Position numbers and translations under genes: made by a program. This document shows, in pieces, positions 10,591-23,610 of a stretch of DNA of 64,000 nucleotides; position 1 is the stretch's first letter, and the number at the start of each line of letters is the position of its first letter. Below the pieces are notes generated by a model. The model was not told the DNA's origin and made no database searches. It worked only from the letters and a program-made list of their open reading frames with translations. Source of the DNA: Sminthopsis crassicaudata (lineage: Eukaryota); NCBI RefSeq assembly GCF_048593235.1, contig NC_133620.1, positions 258,045,929 to 258,109,928 of the forward strand, given 5' to 3'.

Positions 10591-12535
10591 CAGTCAAGAT
10601 ACTATTCTTTATTCCTTCAAGATGCCCTGCCTCCCCATTGTGGAATGCTGCTGATATAGGAGGATAGTTGTCTTATTCATCTAGGAATTTTATTTTTATG
10701 TGAACTATGAATGTCCTCCCCATTCTTTCTCTAACTTCCTTGGTTACTTGCTACCTGGGTAAATTGGGAGCTGCCCAGGCCAACTTACAATACATTGTGT
10801 GCAGCAACCCTGTAACTGAAACACTGCAACTTTGGGAGCCCTAATATGGAAGAAATTGTGTTTGGCTATCATCTCAGAATTTACCAACCAATAGATCTTC
10901 CCAGGATGATAGTGGCCTAGTTTTGGGATTAAATTAAGCCTTCTTATGGCAAATCTAATTTCATTCCTGGTGATGTGTCTACCTCAATCTTTAACAACCC
11001 TATGTCTATTGAATCATTCCTTCTCTTGGTATGGAAACTTGATTGAAGCTTTTCCTGGACTACCAATTATTATTGCTTTTTCACTCTTCAAATTAGCATG
11101 TATATACTGATCTAGTTATATGTGCTACATCCCCCCACCTCTCCTGGTATAATTTAAGTTTTCCCAGCAAGGACTGTTTTCCATCTTATCTTTGTATCAC
11201 CAATATCTAGAAAAGTATTTTACATACAGTAGATGCCTCATAAATACTTGCAAAATTGGCTATATTGAAAGAGTAGTAATTATAAGAGAGGAATAGGCAG
11301 TCCAGAAAGTTCTAAGCTCCCATCATAAGCAATATACCAGAACTAGCTATAGAGAAGTAGAAAGAATATTGCATTTGGCATGGGCAGGATTCTAGCCCAT
11401 CTGACACTTATGACTTGTTAATCTTGAGTCAGTCACTTAAAACTCCTAAAACTTAGTTTTCTTGTCTGTGAAATGAGAGAGCTGGTCTAGATGACCTCTA
11501 AAGTCCCATATAGCTTTAAATCTATTATTTAAAAAGCAAAATAAAAAAAAAACCTAAGGTTACAGAAGTGGGGAAGAAAACTGTATAACACCCTCCCAGC
11601 AAGTCAAGATGGAGTTCCTGGAAGATATTCTAGGAGGAAAGATGACTTTACAATTCATAGAAGTGTCCATTTGATTAGACAAGAAAGACATATAGATTGT
11701 ACATTACAATAATGAAAAAAAATTTTAATTTTAGGTAAATTTTAGGTAAAGAATGTTTATAGGACAAACCATCATTTCAGGATTGTTTTGATTATCTCTC
11801 TCCTTGTTAATATTTTTCACCCTATGCTCTTTAAGGAGGTTAACTTGTCCAGTTTAGGAATCAGAGTGCTGAATATAATAGTGGTGAATTTAATTTCCTT
11901 GCTGCCTTGTCTTTATGGATGCAGTGCTTCAAGATGAATGACCTCAACTGGATTTTGTAACTCAGATTCCTCAACTTTGTTTCCTTCCCCAGGAAGATGT
12001 TTTCCATGTATTCTCTATGATTTCATTAGTGTAAGAGAATTAGTAGTGTGGACATACTTTCTACCAATGCTTTAAAATATATTTTTAAGAATTCTGACCT
12101 TAACAAACAGTAAATAACATTATATGCAAAAGGGAATTGAAATTGTCATTTCCATTATTCATAGCTTGCTTTTCCTTTGTGACATTGTTCTCCTCTGGTT
12201 CTCCTCTTACCTGTTTGACCACTTCTCATTTTTTGCTGGCTCTGAGACCAAAAAGTTTGAGAACTATTAATTGGTATTTGCTAATACCATAGCTGTCAAG
12301 GATTCTTTAGAATATCTCTTCTTCTTCTTTTTTTAAGTCATCATATTTAGGACTGGAAGATATTTAGATATAATCTAGCTGAAAGAATTTATTTTACTCA
12401 TGAGAAAACTAGAGCCCAGAGAAATAAAGCAATTTGTCTGGGGTCACATAGGTAGTGGTTAGAGCCAGAAATTCATTGCACTTTCTCCTATTCTATATTG
12501 TTCACACTATTTTCAACTTCCACATAAGGGTAGAT

Positions 12536-12785
12536 TATGGGGCAATTAGATGGTGCCATAATGCATAGAATGCAGGCCTGGAGTCAGGAAGATTCATTTC
12601 CCTAAATTCAATCTGGCACTAGACACTTACTGGCTGTGTAATCCTTGGTAAGTCACTTAACCTTATTTGCCTCAGTTTCCTCATTTGTAAAATGAGAAGG
12701 AAATGGCAAATCACTCCAGTATCTTTGCCAATAAAACCTTGAATGTGGTCACAAAGAGTTGGATAAGACTGAAAAATGATTGAGC
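12536..12785 (+). mobile_element. Near full-length MAR1 SINE
   Basis: tagatggtgccataatgcataga...ggagtcaggaag...ctcagtttcctcatttgtaaaatgagaaggaaatggcaaatcactccagtatctttgcc (Bov-B/RTE-like tail). Confidence 0.85.
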
Positions 12786-15323
12786 ATGAAAGATAGGTAC
12801 TGTAAGCATTATTACCTTTACTTTACAAATGAGGAAACTGAGGCTTGGAGAACTTAAGTAATTAACCCAGTCACCATGATATTAAGCAACAGAGCTTCAC
12901 CCAAGCCTTTTGACTCTGAAGTTTATTCAGTGCACTTTCCACTATATGAAGCTGTTTTTCCCTCACTTAAAAAGCTCTCTGTCTGTCTCTCTCTCTTCCC
13001 GCTCTTTCTTCTACTCTTTCCTTCCCCTCCCCACACATATTCTCTTTATATATAAAAATATATACAAGATATGTGTATCTTGTATATATATGATATATAT
13101 ATATACAAATATGTGTGTATATGTTATATAAATTATATAATGAATTACATATCCTTAATGATAATAGTTGTAGTTTTTATAGTCCTTTAAGTCTTGAAAG
13201 CAATTAACATAGGTTATTTCATTCAGTCCTTAAAACAACCTTGTGAGGTTATTATTATTTTCATTTTAGACTTGAGAAAATTTAGGCTGAGAAGTTGTGA
13301 CTTTCTAAGAGTCACACAATTTACATCTAAGGCAAAACTTGAACTCATCTCCCTTACTCTAAGTACAGCACCCCCAACACTGTACTATCTGTCTTTAAAA
13401 ATATATATCTAAAAGTTTATTTGTTATTATATTATTTTTTTCTTTCTGTATGTATTGAATCTGAAATTGATTACTAAAAGAGAATAGCTAAACAAAGAAG
13501 GGCAGGAATCAGACTGCTTAGTTGTCTTTCCAAAAGTAAAATAAAGATTTATTTTGATTTATTTATTTAGTGTAAAGAAAGGCCTTCAACTTTCAATATT
13601 ACTTTATTGTAGTGCAATGAACAGAATCCAATATTCTGATATAGGTCATGAAATTTTGATGACAGCTACAATATAAGATAACAGAGTCATCCTATCGTCT
13701 TGAGTTAATTAGTAATGCTGACATCATTGCAATTTTATACCTAACTTCATTATACAAGCAAGCATAGCTTGTAGATTATTCTCTTTTCTTTTGTTACTAA
13801 CGCTTTTATTTATCATTGCTAATAAAGGACACCAGTTAGTCAATTTATGTTTAATTCCCACAAGTCAAAAGGTTCAACTGGTCATTATGATGCTTGAGGA
13901 CAGTATGGTATTTTAGTAGGGTATTACCTCAATAGTTAGCTGGACTGGGTTTGAATATTGGCAATCACTCAAGGTTTCAGTTTCCTCATCTGTAAAAAGG
14001 AACCATTAGATGTCCTCTGAGATTCCTTCCAGTTTTAAATATGTGATCTGGATATTTCCTTCAAATGCCACCCCTGCCATAGACTCCCATACATAATTAT
14101 CAATTGGTTGTAATAAAATATTTTTTTCCAAGGGTGATAAAATGTAAAATTTGGCTTTTGTTGTCTTTCAGAGACTATGGAGATTTTTGTTGATCGATTA
14201 TTGTTAACCTATTAATATGCAAACCCTGTAAAGAGAAAATAATAAATGCCTTAAATGTGTCAAGCACAAGTTTTGAAAATAGGGTCATTTTCTTTGTTGA
14301 ATGAATGAAAAAAAAGCACTTTCCAAGCTCCAGATATAGGACTAAGTGCTAGGAGAAGTCTTTGCTCCCTAGGAACTTGCATTTAAATTTGGGGGAGATT
14401 ATACATAGAAGAAAATAGAGAAGAACAAAGGGAGTTTTATTCTTGGGAATTACAAGGATAAATCCTTTCCAGAAGCAATTGTGTTATTGATTTGATTTAA
14501 TGCCCAGAGTAAGAAGTAGAAAGGGAGAAGGGAGATTGTGGGATTGTATATGTAAATAGATAGATTGATTTGTCTGTAGAAGACAGGATAGAATGTGAAA
14601 GTGAAACTTGGTATAAAATTTAGGGCCAGCTATAGCTAATGAGCCAGGTAAGGTAGTTTGAACTCAATCAGATCAATTTGTCTCTAACTGGGGCAGACAG
14701 ACATTACAAAGATTAGTTATCACAGAATGGCCATTTCCTTTGAACTATAATAACATATAATTCTGTCATCTAAATACTTTAGATTGCTTCTTGCACTCCC
14801 ACATTCTAAGACGGTTAAATATTATTGAGCATTAACCCTTGTCCCAGGAATTCAAAGGGTGAGGAAGTTTGCTTTATCTTAGTAACCAATGTGAATATAT
14901 CCTGAAAAAATAGAGCTTCATGATTCAATTTCATTCAACAAATATTTATTATGCAGCAATTATGTGCAAGGCATTATGCAAGTCAGTGTGGATGCAAAAA
15001 CAAATAAAAGATTTTCCTTGATCTCCAGGAGTTATGGACATTTAACAAGTGGAACATTTAACAGGTATGCAGATCAACCATTTGAGAGAGAAAGCATTGG
15101 TGTGGGTGAGATATGATATACTGGTAGATGAAGGAAATCAGGAAAACATTTAGGCGGAAGATATCATTTAGATTTCTACAGTTAAACTAGGTTTTGTAAA
15201 TAACATGGCATTCTGAAACATAAGAAAAGAGCATGTGGCTTCTAGTAGTCAATTATCAGGATAATTTTTTTTTCATTTTTAAAAATTTTGGTTCTTCTAA
15301 CCTCTGTATAGCATATTTAATTG

Positions 15324-17825
15324 TGATGGAATATAGCTTCTAGGAAAGAGAGCACTAGGGAGATCCCCCCTGACCTTGGTGCTTCTGTACTAATAATTAA
15401 TCTGTCATTGATTCTAAATTCTTCTGGTTTTGGAATCTGTGATACTGAGGTTCCCCCCTCAACTTTGGAGTGCTATTATTCTGACAAACTGTCCATCAAT
15501 GATTGTAAAAGTCTTCTGGCCTGGGAATATAATAATAGCCCCACCTAAAATCTTTTATACTATACATTGATGAAAGGAGAGGCCAGATCCTAGGGGTCTA
15601 GACTCAATCTCTGGAACCCTATTCTAGACCTTTGCTTACTTCTCAAAGAAACTTGGTGTTTTGGGGATGACCTTATTGTCGAGCTAGCTGCCACAGCTCT
15701 TATAATTGAGGAAGCCTCTAAGCTCACCCTAGGCCAATTATTGGAGTTTCTAATTTCCCAGAGGGTTCAGAGCATTTTTGCCCTCACAGAGTTTTAGAAT
15801 TCTAAAAGGAATGAGAAAGGAATGACATCTATACTGATTCCAAACTTTCATGTTTTATATGGAAAAAAAAGAGATTTTTGACAGAAAATAAATAAATAAT
15901 TCATCCATTAAATATGCAAGGGAAATTCTACAATTATTGCAAGCTGTCCATGGACCTTGAGAGGTTTCTGTTATGTTTTGTAAAGGACACCAGAAGGTGG
16001 ATTCACTTCGGGCCAAGGGAAACAGGTTTGCAGATTCAGCTGCTAGTGCTGCTGCCTTTGTTTGCTTCTGACCATGGCACCTTTAATTCCTCAACTCCCC
16101 AATTCTACACTCTTTCATAGTTCCCAGGAACAGGTCCTTTGCTAAAGAAAGGGGGCACACCCTTTTTCCTTCTAGGTGATTTCAAACACCTTCAAGCCAA
16201 CTTCTAATCCCAAACCCAGCCAGTGGAAACTTCTCTTTAGCCTATACCAATCTACTCACTTAGGGAAAAAATGCTCTCCAATCCCTTGCGAAGAAACAGT
16301 CAAGTAGATCTGTCAAATCTGCCCAGTTGTGCCCAAGTAAATTTGGAAAGGGCTGTTAAATTCCCCATCCTGAACCCTATCTGGAGGAGGGATACACATT
16401 TAGGGATGGACTGGCAGATAGATTTTACACCTACCCCCTCTCAGGGGTTTCAAAGTGCTTTTGGTTTTTGTTGTCACCTTCACTAACTGGGTAAAAGCTT
16501 TTCTTCCCTTGTAAAACTGAAAAGGCTCAGAGATTTTTGTTAAAGGAGGTCAAATTCATTTAAGATTAATTATCTCCACAATGCATGTCATCCTCTCTAC
16601 CCAATGTTTAATGCCTTTTAAACATTATGGTACTTGAATTCTAAGCCACCTGAACACTCCTTTTACTGTGTATAATGCCACACTATTCTATCCATTACCC
16701 CTACTCCTTTGAGGAGACAAAAGCAGGGATTTGGGGAAGTGTTCTTTGCTATAAACCCTAGGAAAAGCTGTCTGAATGTGAGACATTCATGGTAGCCTTA
16801 TCTACTCACCAAGTCTTCCTCTGTGTGGGGTTCCTGGTTACTGTTCTTGGTAACCTCCATACTAGCTCCACTTTTAATTATTATTATTATTATTTTTTGC
16901 TCATATTTGGCCCTTGTATTTTTAACCTTTTTGTGAGATTTGTTTCTTCTGGGCTCCAAGCTATAAATTTCCAAACTGAATAGCATTAGCTATCTGATTC
17001 TGACACTCAGCACCCTTCTGAGTGCTGCTGCCATCTTCAAGTTGCATTCCTCCCCTACTCAGTCTGGACCCTAACTAGTCAGGGACAGCTCTACATGTCT
17101 TATGAGCATGAAGTAGCTCCAGAAAATGAGATCTCTGTCCCTTTATTCCAAATGAATTGGGGGTTCAAACTGCTTGAGAGGGACATGATGAAATATAGCT
17201 TCTAGAGGAGACAGCATTAGGGAGGTCCCCTTGACCTTGGGGTGCTTCTGTTCTAACAACCTATCAGTGATTCTAAAGTTTTTTGGCTTTGGAATCTGTT
17301 ATCTTGAGGTTGTCCCCCTCCCCCAATCTTGGAGTGCTATTGTTCTGGCAATCTGTCCATCAATGATTGCAAAAGTCTTCTGGCCTAAGAATATAATAAT
17401 ACTTCTTCCCTTACATTTTAGGGAAGATATATTATTAATCCTGAGGCCTTCTGACCTTAGAATGCTATCATCATGTTATTGTTCTAACAATCTGTCAATG
17501 ATTTCAGTGTCCTACAGACATTACTGTCAAGTAGTTAATCTGTTGGTCAGTGATAACCAAGTTCCTGAGACAATAGTGAAAGGAGCTCCCTTCAAACCTA
17601 CTTGTAAGACATAAAATTAGCAAATAAGTAAGATGAAGCTCTGATCAACTTTGTATATATACAAATACAATAGATTTATAAATCTATCTTTTTTTCTCTT
17701 GGGTCCTTTGCTAAATTCTTTTGGAACTTAGCCCACTTCAATTGGCATTACAGTTCCAATAAACTTTGCCTCTTGACTTAGATATAAGTTCAAACCTGCA
17801 AATTCTTTTGAATTACCTTGCAACA
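15324..17825 (+). mobile_element. Internally deleted class I (gamma-like, ERV1) provirus with two LTRs
   Basis: LTR homology between 15324-~15545 and 17186-~17400. Pol remnants AATALIIEEASKLTLGQL (~15687-15740), CKGHQKVDSLRAKGNRFADSAA (~15978-16045) and DWQIDFT (~16408). Env TM remnant LLIFGPCIFNLFVRFVSS (~16897-16950). Purine tract before the 3' LTR, AATAAA at 17758, terminus caaca. Confidence 0.9.
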
Positions 17826-18089
17826 CTGGTTTACTTTAGATGGATATACTGAACTTCAAAACAGAAAGGTTGCTGAATAATTGTGGCAGAAAAAAGGCCT
17901 GGAAATAATAATGAGGCGCAAGAAGTGTTCTAATTTTTCCTCTTGGCCCAGTGTGTCAGGGGTATGAGTAAAGGAGGAATCAATATTGAAGACATCAATT
18001 TCAGACATAGCATCTTCCATAGAAAGCCAGATTTTCTTAAGCACAAGCAGATAGGAATGTAAGGAAAAAAAAACCTATGATGAAAGGTA

Positions 18090-18560
18090 TTTGGTTAACA
18101 ATAGAATGTAAATGTGCATATATTCTTGACACTGAGAATTTTTTACAAATATTTTTACAAAATATTTTCAAAATTTCATATTTATAAACTATAACATTTT
18201 TATTGAATAAAAAACTGGTTGGTGATTATTATGATATGTCAATATGATAGATTATTTCATTGTGATTTAAGAAATGAAAAATTCAGGGAAATGGTATAAT
18301 TTACATGAACTAATGCATAGTTAATTGAACAGAACTAGGAGAACAATTCAAATAGTAAATGGCATGGAAAATAATATCGAAAGGTATTAGATCTTTAATT
18401 GATATTGTAACTAATTGTGATATCAGTGAATTATTGGTAAGGCATATCTCCCTCTCAGAGAAGAAGTGGTAGACTATATATGCAGAATGAGGCACATATC
18501 AGATAGGACCAAAGTATTGACCAATTTTGCTTAGCTGTATTTCTTAGTTTCCAAAAGAGT
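18090..18560 (+). mobile_element. Old L1 3' end
   Basis: aagaaatgaaaaattcaggg...atttacatgaactaatgcatag...aacagaactaggagaacaatt. Confidence 0.6.
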
Positions 18561-18954
18561 AATACTAAAAACTGGGGGGAGGAGAGTGATTGGAGGAAAC
18601 AGGTCTTTGGAAAGTGAGAGAGATGTAAAAAGTGTCCTATAATGTTTAATAGAAAACATTCATTTTTGGAGGAGCTGTTAGGAAAAAGTATATTAGTTCA
18701 TTGCTAATGGAATTCTAATAAATAATTTAAAATTCTGAAAGAAAAGTTACTGAATTGTTTATAGGCAAGAATTCCTAGTTATAGCTTTGAGAGTGGAGAA
18801 AGATTTTGGGGAGAGATCTGATATTGATTTCAAATCAGAAATTTAGGAAGTAAAAAGTAGATGTATGTTAATCATAGGACAAGGGAAATTGATCAAGTTA
18901 TTCAATTGAGGAGACCAAAGAATAGAGAGGTTGATGGCAATGGCATTTAAAAGG

Positions 18955-19147
18955 TAGGGTTTCAAGACCTCTTTAAAATCTGAAAAATTATTGAGGACTT
19001 TTGGTTTATGTGGCTTATATTAATTAATATTTATTAGAAATTAAAACATCTTAACATCATTATGAAAATAGTTTTGATACCAAAGGTGCCCTGAAAATAC
19101 CATAGGAAACCCCCAAATTCCTAAGCTATATTTTAAAATCTGCTGGT
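18955..19147 (+). mobile_element. hAT/Charlie-derived MITE
   Basis: aaaaattattgaggacttttggtttatgtgg ... gaaaatagttttga ... tattttaaaatctgctg, the same family as 8290-9049. Confidence 0.6.
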
Positions 19148-19899
19148 CTAGATTGTCTCTAAGTTCTCTTCAAATTTTGACCACATTTTAATTTCAGTAT
19201 CTATTAGTGATCAGAACTCAGTAAACAACTTCAATAACTTTTGTGATGAGCTGGAAATAATAAAGAAGGTTAACTGCACAATATCACTGTGCTACTTAGC
19301 CAGATAGAAGAGTTTCCTTTAATTAGCAACTAACTCTAAGAAATAAGGATGCAAAGTTATGTCTCTCAGGTCTTATGTACAGTATAATTTCAATTGAAAG
19401 TTACAGACAGTACAATCAAACAATTTCCTTGTCTTTTGTTCTTAATATAATTAAGAGTAAGAAACTAGAATAATTTTGTTTCCTGCAAAGACAAGATTCA
19501 TGTTCACATTACTGAGAAATATTGAGACGTAATTGTGGTATTTAATTAATTCATTTTCAAAACTCAGATGTAAACTGATTTCAGTTTTCCACTAGCAAAT
19601 ACATTTTTTTTTCGATTAGAACAGGAAACAAATTTGGTTTGTACTTGTACATTTATATTTGTACATTCAATCCATTCATTCCATTTATTCAACATTATTA
19701 AGACTTTATTTTCACAAAGTATTCTTTTAGGCATTAAGGGAAATAAATAAAGTACAAACCTAGTTTTCTGATATTTTACCATATAGCTTTTTTCTTTTCA
19801 TTATATAATGAATGATTAAAACTTCTAAAGTGAATGATTAAAACCTCTAAAGATGGGTACTCAGAAAACATCAGCCTACCTATCCACACTGGGAAAAAA

Positions 19900-20090
19900 T
19901 GAAATGGATGAAGAATGTATATTGCTGAGATTCTGATATGCATTTGGATAGATAGACTGTGAATAGACAGTAAAGGCTTAGAATTGAATAATAAGAAAAG
20001 AATGAACTAAATTGCCTTTAGGAAACAGTGCCACATTTTTAAAGATCCTAAGATTCTCTCTGAAATGAAGATGTATTTTTAAACATAGGT
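19900..20090 (+). mobile_element. RTE LINE RT fragment
   Basis: gaattgaataataagaaaagaatgaactaaattgcctttaggaaa translates to ELNNKKRMN*IAFRK, followed by DPK...; resembles RTE/Bov-B RT. Confidence 0.6.
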
Positions 20091-20699
20091 ATTAATAGTA
20101 ATAACTAACACTTTTATACTGATCTAAGTTTTTCAAATTGTTTATCTCACTTTATCCTCACAACACCTCTGTGAGAAGATTGATGCATTATACAGATGAG
20201 GGAACTATCACAACCACAAATTAAAAGACTTGCCCAGGATCCCGTGTCTAATAAGTATGTCTATAACATGTCACCAGTGTATAGTCTATAACATGGCACC
20301 AATGAGGTGTTACACAAGAGAAGCAGGATACAGGATATAATTAGAGAGATTTGTGACTCTGGGAGAACAATCTTTTTATTTCATTTTGTCTACTCAGTGT
20401 CTAGAGGAAAACCCAAACATATTGGGTGGGTCATCTGTGGAGAATGTATAGGAGGATATGAACCAGAATCATAGGCTTATAGGAATCTTAAAGGTCATCA
20501 AGTTCAATGTCATTTTACAAATAAGGAAACTGAGGTCTAGAAAGGTTAAATGGTTTGCCTAGGGCCATACTCTTAGAAAGGATTTCAGCTTAAGTCTTCC
20601 TGACTATTCCCTGCTGTCTCTCTCAGACAGGATGAGAAAATAAATGTAGATTATGATATCCATGATTGCAAGTAATTCCCACTTTGATAAGATCATAGA

Positions 20700-21020
20700 T
20701 TGACTGATGTTTGAACTTTAAATATGGATAGGAGCTCATCAGGCAGACCTAGGGGAAAAGATGTTATAGGAAAAGAGGTAATAGATTAAGCAAAGGCATG
20801 GAGACCAAGATAGGATGCTTTTAAGGAACTGCAAGTAATACAGTTTGGTTGGAATATAGCAAACATGAATAATGATGGATAAGGCTATAGAGGAAGATTG
20901 GAACCAGATTGGGGAGGGGCTTAAATGGTAGGACTTTACTTGTTATGTGATATGGAACTACTGTTGAAGATAGAGTTGGGTTAAAAGAAGGGGAAATGTT
21001 ATGATTAATGTTAGATTTCA
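20700..21020 (-). mobile_element. L2 fragment
   Basis: gtttggttggaatatag...gaagattggaaccagattggggaggggcttaaatgg is typical antisense L2. Confidence 0.6.
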
Positions 21021-21371
21021 ACTACCGCTTCAGTCTTGTGACCCTGTGACACTGGGGTGCTAAGATAATATGGAAGGGCTTAATATGGAAGGTATTGCTA
21101 AGGGCACAACAATTGATGACCTCATAACACGCTTCATCATATCCTGCCCTTTGGAATATTCTATGTCCATGGTTTCAAGCAACTTGCATCATTGCTTGAC
21201 TTATACCAGGTATACCAAGCCAGCAGAGCCATACTGCTACATCATCAACAGGTATCACTTTACTGTATTTCTTAACTCAAGGACACTCAATTTTGCAACC
21301 AGAATACAGTGGATCAGCCTAAAAGCATTAGCCTGGGACAAGGTTTTAAAATTGTGGGGTATTGTATACTC

Positions 21372-21557
21372 TTCTACTATAATAGGTCTTTTGTGCCTCT
21401 TCATGTAGTATAATTTACCCTCATTTTACCTCTTCTTTCCTCTTCAAAGTCAATTTAAAGCCACACACTATCTCTGCATATACTTTCTAACTACCCTCAC
21501 AAAAATACAATTCTCAGTAGTTACAAGTATCTTCTTGTGTAAGAATATACACAGTTT
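21372..21557 (-). mobile_element. L1 fragment, a diverged copy of 22306-22505
   Basis: Both begin ctactataataggtcttttgtgcc and end ttaaataacattttt. Confidence 0.7.
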
Positions 21558-21559
21558 AA

Positions 21560-21712
21560 ACTTTAAATAACATTTTTAGCAGTCTGGTAAAGGTTATAAT
21601 TCATAATTGAAAGTAATGCTAAGTCTCCATTAGAGGTCAGTGAAAATAGAGATGTATTTTTTTTGGTCTCAGTTTCTAGAACCCCTGAAATCTATCCATG
21701 AAGCCCTCTGTG
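21560..21712 (+). mobile_element. hAT MITE fragment (same family as 25255-25462)
   Basis: gcagtctggtaaagg ... gtgaaaatagagatgta ... cccctgaaatctatccatg. Confidence 0.55.
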
Positions 21713-22127
21713 GCTTAAATTGTATGTTTTTCCTGATTTTAATTACTTTGTATAAGCAGCCTTCGAATAGAGTAGCCTTAGTCTTAGAGTAGAATAGATA
21801 TTGATTTAGTCCTCAAGGCTTAGTGGCAAAGCTTTTTCTTCTTTTTCCTAATGTGGTAAAAGTATTTTCCTTCTAAAATTTGTCTCCCTCATTTTACCTT
21901 CCTGTAGGTGTACTCCTCCTTTCCACATTTCCCTATGACTACAAAAGACTCTCTTCATGCTCTTGGCTACTGTTGGCTTCCTTTTCCTGAGCTAGTGGTT
22001 CTACATTAGTAAAAGCCTATATAGTATTTCTCAGTACATCTCTGTCCAGCATTTTCTAAATCTTTTCTGGCCTGTGTTAAGAGCTATTTTTATTATTTCT
22101 TTGTGAATTATGTTTTCTTTATATTCC

Positions 22128-22286
22128 CAACTTCTTGAAAAATACCTTTGATGAAATGGGGAAAAAACATACTGAAGAAAACATTTTCTTAAAAAATAGA
22201 ATTTGTGAAATGAAAAAAAAATCTATGAAACAAAACAATTCCTCTAAAAGTAGAATTAACCACATGAAAAAGGAGGTAAAAAAGCT
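22128..22286 (+). repeat. Inverted duplicate (~97% identical) of 23172-23331
   Basis: Base-by-base comparison gives 4 substitutions and 1 homopolymer indel over ~159 bp. Confidence 0.95.
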
Positions 22287-23610
22287 CATCTCCCTCCCTT
22301 CTTTCCCTCTACTATAATAGGTCTTTTGTGCCTTTTCATGTGGTGTAATTTACCCCCATTTTACCTCCCCTTTCCTCTTTAAAGTCAGTTTATACCCACA
22401 CATTCTGTCAATGCTACCCTTTCTAACTACCCTAACAAAAATATAGTTCTTAGTAGTTGCAAGTATCATTTTCTTGTGTAAGGATATATTTTAAATAACA
22501 TTTTTTTCCTTTTCTGCTTACCTTTTTATGCTTCTCTTGAGTCTTGTATTTAAAAATCAAATTTCCTCTTCAGCTCTAATCTTTTCATCAGAAATGATTG
22601 AAAATCTCCTATTTCATTGAAAATACCTCTTTCCCCCTAAAACATAATTCTTAGTTTTGCTGGATAGTTGATTCTTGGTTGCAGTCCATGTTCTTTTGCC
22701 TTCTGGAATATTATATTCCAAGCCCTTCAATCCTTTTAATGTGGAAGTTGCCAAGTCCTGAGTAATTTGAATTATTTCTTTCTGGCTGCTTTTAGTAGTT
22801 TCTCCTTGACCTGATAATTCTGAAATTTTTAGCTATAGTATTCCTTGAAATTTTGGGGTTTCTTTCAGGAGGTGATCAGTGGATTTTTTTAATGACAATT
22901 TTACCCTTTGGTGCAAGATATTAGGGCAGTTTTCCTTGATAATTTCTTGAAAATATTGTCCGGGCTCAATTTTTGATCATGGCTTTCAGGTAAGTCCATT
23001 CTTAGTAGTTACTCTCCTGGATCTATTTTCAAGATTGATTGTTTTTCCCATAAGGTATTTTATGTTTTCTTATTATTTTCATTTTTAAAAAAAATTTGCT
23101 TGATTCTTGATGTCTCATCGAGTCATATACTTCCATTTGACCAATTCTTTAATGAATTATTTTCTTCAATTAGCTTTTTTACCTCCTTTTTCATCTAGTT
23201 AATTCTACTTTTAGAGGAATTGTTTTGTTTCATAGATTTTTTTTTTCATTTCACAAATTCTATTTTTTAAGGAAATGTTTTCTTCAGTATGTTTTTTCCC
23301 CATTTCATCAAAGGTATTTTTCAAGAAATTGTTTTGTTCAGTCAATTTTTGTGCTTTCTATTCTAAGCTGTTGGCTTTCCCTTCCCGACTCCCCATGATT
23401 CTCCTGCATAACTCTTATTTCTTTTCTCTGTTTTTCTTCTCCCTCTCTTAGTTGCTTTTTAAAATTCTTTTTGAGCTCTTTTAAGACAATCTTTTGAACT
23501 TGAGACCAATTCATATTCCCCTTTGAAGTTGTACCTATAGACATTTTGATATTGCTTTTATCTTTTGGGTTTGTGTTCTGATCTTCCCTGTCACCATAGT
23601 AGCTTTCAAT
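22287..23610 (-). mobile_element. L1 ORF1 plus downstream linker, 3' part missing
   Basis: Minus-strand ORF 23338-23544 (NWSQVQKIVLKELKKNFKKQLREGEEKQRKEIRVMQENH) matches the marsupial L1 ORF1p coiled coil; antisense ORF1 CTD motifs lie at 22600-23000. Confidence 0.85.

Noticed and set aside
14163-14653. Acceptor-like site at ~14170 and strong donor CAG|gtaagg at ~14647 as a cryptic exon
   Set aside because: The interval would be ~477 nt, includes an L2-like fragment and has stops; no coding support
19809-19852. Short tandem duplications (22 bp here; 25 bp at ~20259; 17 bp at ~29567; 18 bp at 38803-38838)
   Set aside because: Two-copy slippage products with no spacers; not CRISPR-like and common in mammalian introns
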